Source of the DNA: a virus
Taxonomy: Duplodnaviria; Caudoviricetes
Strand: one strand, 5' to 3'
Length of the DNA stretch: 38,937 bases
Virus record (IMG/VR): IMGVR_UViG_3300032024_000415
Location: 1-38,937 of that record
The position numbers were made by a program, and so were the translations under genes. Under the pieces are notes generated by a model, which did not search any database, was not told where the DNA came from, and was given only the letters and a program-made list of their open reading frames with translations. Shown here piece after piece: positions 35,801 through 38,937 of this stretch. The first letter of the stretch is position 1, and each line of letters starts with the position of its first letter.

Positions 35801-36086
35801 CTGGACGTTGACCTGGACACGCCGAACGCGTTTTGCCGGTTGGCGTGATGGGGTTGATGCGGTGCTCGGCGAGACTTCCGAATCTTACGAAATCGATATT
35901 TTTGCAGACGGTACTTATGCCACAGTCAAACGCACCCTAACCGCTACCAGTCAAACAGCTCCCTACACCAGCGCCCAACAGGTCACCGATTTTGGCAGTA
36001 ATCAAGCCACGCTGTATTTAAAAGTGTATCAGCTATCGGCGAATGTCGGCCGGGGCTATCCATTAATTGCAACATTAACGCGGTAA
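32826..36086 (+). CDS. Central tail-tip/host-specificity protein (GTA megatron-like) with internal LVIVD-like repeats
   Basis: STYGAFIP...GNIFW, HRGLAYIVF, LLDIP, WEII...LRGQFGSE, WTRRTR; repeats DISTPATP/DIRNPAS/DISNPLAP/DLSDPILP. Confidence 0.88.
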   Translation: MSTTQKVAMLIFGPLEGYLLGGLFDSKEQQPKPSGLDLTVQTSTYGAFIPRAYNKIALKGNIFWVENGSIKEIARIEDQGGKGGPSQDSPTTYTYYGTFAVGLVDCSGGDPIIGVERIWIGSTLFYNAGSTDHDTLIASNTAARGFKVYLGSDSQSADPRMQATLGVNNVPGHRGLAYIVFYDLPLADYGNSLASAQIKVEVVCAGAVNYILELESSIAVASTDNVFHSNDRNYLYTLGSSYPVFSIFDISTPATPVFVNSVTLSSVVLGGSVTWTLMAVDGDYAYILGNGAGDFTAVNVYYILGTVGPVFKGSVLIYLNAKAIAARNSYVMAASSYAGYIKMIDATIPTAPVVVSTLSGMSDIVAITMDDYYAYALSAGSGIYVIDIRNPASISVVASITGISGASYMVVNGNYLYINSILGGSFAIVDISNPLAPATVFSSASFSGGPIDIDIGYLYLGRSRDSSDFHVYDLSDPILPVSIGYITSTSGGSAGFRGLTAYGNYIYTYNSANGHLETFFFVEGQITDTPIPLSAIVQAEVLTSKLLTAADIDVTALTSSVRGYRINAVGSIRGGIEPLQSAWPFDVIQRGYQIKFVPRGGSSVVTIPAGLLDARAAGNKPGVQITNSREMDSILPQKVSLKYFDAEREYDQGEQYAERINTDSVNLLSLDMAIVFNATEAAGKTQVLLYLYWMERYDISFSLPPDYGYLEPSDVITITSDDATYVLRLTSINYNSDGRLECRAKYNDAAIYTPTAIGESGQLTGLTLTLPGDTLYQLLDIPLIQDVYDKAGFPVAMTGYLANWPGCLLFRTVDAGQNWDDVQGFTPPGSVMGLTLSALSAHGGTVLDKAGVLTVRMRQSTLSSVTEAQMFAGANWFAYGADQRWEIIAVQNCVLQADGSYVLTDFLRGQFGSEWATGLHVVGDSFVHLSSSELAFVSMNLSSIGVEGQYRGITSGALIDSDTDRSFSYRGVNLECLSPCQLTGSRHPSTNDWTLTWTRRTRFAGWRDGVDAVLGETSESYEIDIFADGTYATVKRTLTATSQTAPYTSAQQVTDFGSNQATLYLKVYQLSANVGRGYPLIATLTR

Positions 36087-36090
36087 TCGT

Positions 36091-37212
36091 ATGTCAGACT
36101 CAACCAGTTTATTAACACAACTTACCACCGCGCAGGCCGGAAAGGAGGCCACGGTCAACGAATTGTTTAATTCAATTGCGGTGATGGCGTTCGGCGGTCG
36201 TCGTCAATCCTCATCAGGTTTGAGCTGGGATTACTTCGGTGCACGGATTTTAGTGGACGGGGTCTCAACGGCTATTGCAAACGGGTCGGTGACATTAACG
36301 GCATCGACAACAAATTATGTCGAATCGACTCGCGCCGGCGTAGTCTCAAAAAATACCAGCGCTTTTACGCCGGGATCAATCGCGCTATATAAAGTGGTGA
36401 CCGGTACGGCAACGGTCACCAGTTATCAGGATCATCGCCCCTGGGTAAAACTGGCAACCGGAAAACTCGCTCGGTCGATTGCAACCGATGTCAACATCAC
36501 GCTGACTCATGCCGAGCCATTAAACGACGTACTGGAATTCACCAGCGGCGTGAGTTTGACCGCCACGCGCGATGTGGTAGTGCCGTTGATGGTTAAACAA
36601 TGGGTGGTATTTAATAATACAACTGGGGCACAAAGTTTACGCCTTATTGGTGCCTCGGGAACAGGCGCAACCATTGCAAATGGCACCTGGGCGCTGGTTT
36701 GTTGCAATGGAGTAAATGTTTCGCTCATTGCCTCGGCGGGTGGGGCGTTGTCCACCGAACTGACCGGATTTTCAGCCGGTGCAGGCAGCGTTAGCAGTGC
36801 CGATACCATCTTGCAGGCATTTAATAAGATCGTCGGCAATATTGCCGCACTATCCACGGTGTATGCGCCATTAGCACAACCCTACGATACTGGATCGTTT
36901 TACCCAGGAACACCGGCGGCATCCGTGGCAACCTATTTTCATGTATTTAATCGAACAGTCACCTTTTTGGCAGCCTTAGCGGGGTCAAATGGCGCAGCCC
37001 TAACGGCGGCAACCGCGCAGACCGATTTTGATATTCTGAAAAACGGGGTCAGTTTCGGCACTATGCGGTTTGCAGCGGCAGCGACAACGGCGACATTTAT
37101 TGCCGCGTCCAGTTCGTCGTTTGCTGCCGGTGACACATTAAAAGTGGTTGCTCCTGCCACGCCGGACGCGACTTTGTCGAACATAACATTTTTATTAGCA
37201 GGTATACGATAA
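36091..37212 (+). CDS. Tail fibre/appendage protein (DUF2793-like N-terminus)
   Basis: QAGKEATVNE N-terminus; Thr/Ala/Ser-rich beta protein after the tip gene. Confidence 0.65.
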   Translation: MSDSTSLLTQLTTAQAGKEATVNELFNSIAVMAFGGRRQSSSGLSWDYFGARILVDGVSTAIANGSVTLTASTTNYVESTRAGVVSKNTSAFTPGSIALYKVVTGTATVTSYQDHRPWVKLATGKLARSIATDVNITLTHAEPLNDVLEFTSGVSLTATRDVVVPLMVKQWVVFNNTTGAQSLRLIGASGTGATIANGTWALVCCNGVNVSLIASAGGALSTELTGFSAGAGSVSSADTILQAFNKIVGNIAALSTVYAPLAQPYDTGSFYPGTPAASVATYFHVFNRTVTFLAALAGSNGAALTAATAQTDFDILKNGVSFGTMRFAAAATTATFIAASSSSFAAGDTLKVVAPATPDATLSNITFLLAGIR

Positions 37213-38261
37213 TGGCCGATGCCAATTATGCAGATGTCAGTCTCTTATTGCCTTTTGATGGGGATAATAACTCGACGGCATTTTATGACTATAGCACAAA
37301 TAATTTTGCCGTAACGACGGTAGGTGGGGCAAAGCAGGACACTTCGACAGCAAAGTACGGACAATCTTCCGGTAATTTCTTAACCACAGGCTCAGAGCTA
37401 ACTTTACCGGATAACAGTAAATTCACATTCGGTACAGGTGCATTTACAGTCGAGGGGTGGTTTAAGCCAACAGCGGAATTGGGTGGCGGACTGGGCTTGT
37501 TTTATCTACACGGCACCGTCAATGGAGCCAATGCGATACAGCTAGGCGTAACTGACGGTAAGGCCGTTTTTGGCGCACCTGCATCATCAGCACTTACGTA
37601 CACTGGAACTATATCAACTAGCGCATTTACTCATATAGCGTTTGTTTATGACGGCACAGACAGGTTTATTTTTATTGATGGTGTACAAGTAGCGACATCG
37701 ACTACAGCTATTACCCTATCGCAAAACGACATTACCCATGTTGGTAGTATAGTCCCCTCTAACAGTACTTATCGGTTTAATGGCTACATAGACGATCTGC
37801 GCGTCACAAAAGGCGTAGCTCGATATTCTACGACATTTACTCCAGCAGTAAATTACACCCCCTCTTTTTCGGGCAATATCACGGAGTCACTTGATATTAC
37901 GGACTGGCGTGTAACCGCTACTAGATGCAGTGATGCGACATTGATGGATACTGCAATAACTACTGTAAGCAGTTATGCGTTAAGCGCAACGTATAATACG
38001 CCATGCGTCTTAACTATTTCTGCCAATTTTGACTATCATTGGTCTAAGAGCAAGGTCGCGGTTTTAGATGATTTGGTAATTCCGTCGAACCCACAAACAA
38101 CACCACATCTGTTCAAGGTTACTACAGCGGGGGATTTCGATGCAACTACAGAAGCAACGTGGAATCTATCGGGAACGACTACACAAGGTACAGCAGTATT
38201 AACTTATGTCGGGCCTTTGCCTGATAGACCTCTTTCACTCGGCCCTGTAATACCAAGCTAA
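37212..38261 (+). CDS. LamG/concanavalin-like domain virion protein
   Basis: VSLLLPFDG...FTVEGWF...THIAFV...FIDG...FNGYIDDLRVTKGVARY. Confidence 0.85.
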   Translation: MADANYADVSLLLPFDGDNNSTAFYDYSTNNFAVTTVGGAKQDTSTAKYGQSSGNFLTTGSELTLPDNSKFTFGTGAFTVEGWFKPTAELGGGLGLFYLHGTVNGANAIQLGVTDGKAVFGAPASSALTYTGTISTSAFTHIAFVYDGTDRFIFIDGVQVATSTTAITLSQNDITHVGSIVPSNSTYRFNGYIDDLRVTKGVARYSTTFTPAVNYTPSFSGNITESLDITDWRVTATRCSDATLMDTAITTVSSYALSATYNTPCVLTISANFDYHWSKSKVAVLDDLVIPSNPQTTPHLFKVTTAGDFDATTEATWNLSGTTTQGTAVLTYVGPLPDRPLSLGPVIPS

Positions 38262-38449
38262 TGACTTTCGTTACAGGTACCGATTTTACCTTTGGCACTC
38301 AGACCGGGTTTGTTACCGGCACTGATTTTAGTTTTTTTCCTAGTGATGTAACGATAGCAGGTGACGCGAATTCAGTTTCTACCGCAACATTAACGCTAGA
38401 TGGCTCGGGTGTGTCCATTCCAATCCCCATATTATTTGTCCAAACATAG
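38261..38449 (+). CDS. Small hypothetical virion-associated protein
   Basis: TAATG coupling; internal repeat FVTGTDF x2. Confidence 0.5.
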   Translation: MTFVTGTDFTFGTQTGFVTGTDFSFFPSDVTIAGDANSVSTATLTLDGSGVSIPIPILFVQT

Positions 38450-38457
38450 GCGCACTC

Positions 38458-38937
38458 ATGTCATCAAAAACAGATTACTTTGAAAATAAACTGATTGATT
38501 TTTTATTCAGGAATCAAACCTTAACCATCGGCTCTGCGGTTGCCACGTGGTCTACCGCGCCGGTTTTTTATATAGGGCTGCTTAAAGTGGCGCCCACGGA
38601 TTCGACCGCCGGCACCGAACATACCGGCGGATCGTATGCCAGGCAACCTATCACCGCGTCACTGACGGCAATGGCTGGAACACAGTCAGCTGGTAGCACC
38701 ACGGCCAGTTCCGGGACTAATGGGACGACGAGCAATAATGCCAGCATTGTATTTTCAGATATGCCAGACACCAGTATTTCTGGCACAAATGGATCGGTTG
38801 CCTTCGGTATTTATGACGCGGTGACCGGCGGTAATTTGCTGGAATGGGCCCTGCTGACATCGCAACCAATTTTAGCAGCAACCGGCGCAACGTTAACTTT
38901 CGCCGCAGGAAATCTGACCATTCAGGAAGATAATTAA
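38458..38937 (+). CDS. Minor tail/fibre-associated protein
   Basis: TDYFENKLID...GGSYARQ...SNNASIVF...FGIYDAVTGGNLL pattern of phage minor tail proteins. Confidence 0.75.
   Translation: MSSKTDYFENKLIDFLFRNQTLTIGSAVATWSTAPVFYIGLLKVAPTDSTAGTEHTGGSYARQPITASLTAMAGTQSAGSTTASSGTNGTTSNNASIVFSDMPDTSISGTNGSVAFGIYDAVTGGNLLEWALLTSQPILAATGATLTFAAGNLTIQEDN

Noticed and set aside
1-38937. attL/attR, tRNA, rRNA, IS elements, reverse transcriptase or cas genes
   Set aside because: None recognisable; the window starts at the int stop codon and ends within tail genes, so prophage ends are not visible

Overview
A nearly complete lambdoid/HK97-type temperate siphophage (probably a proteobacterial prophage), running from the integrase stop codon (base 1) into the tail-fibre genes; the att sites lie outside the window. 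Order: lambda-type integrase, xis and a leftward early arm (yfdP/yfdQ-like genes, a GH108 lysozyme); pL/OL, accessory immunity-region genes, cI, pR/OR, cro; dNMP kinase, O-like initiator with iterons, P-like, Q-like, pR'/tR'; HNH, terS, terL, portal, protease, capsid; an accessory block (methyltransferase fused to a transferase-like domain, holin, Rz/Rz1, two morons); then head-tail and GTA-like tail-tip genes. The most striking unexplained structure is a two-cassette integron-type array between xis and int. It has two 88-bp attC sites with canonical extrahelical bases and perfectly complementary cassette cores, cargo ORFs inverted relative to normal integron cassettes so that they read with the phage pL arm, and no IntI in the window. 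Other notable items: an acr-aca-like operon in the late region, a split lysis module, a signal-peptide-like capsid N-terminus, an in-frame stop in the tape-measure gene, and a small gene bracketed by inverted CACGAAA repeats. All family calls are from visual motif recognition, not database searches.
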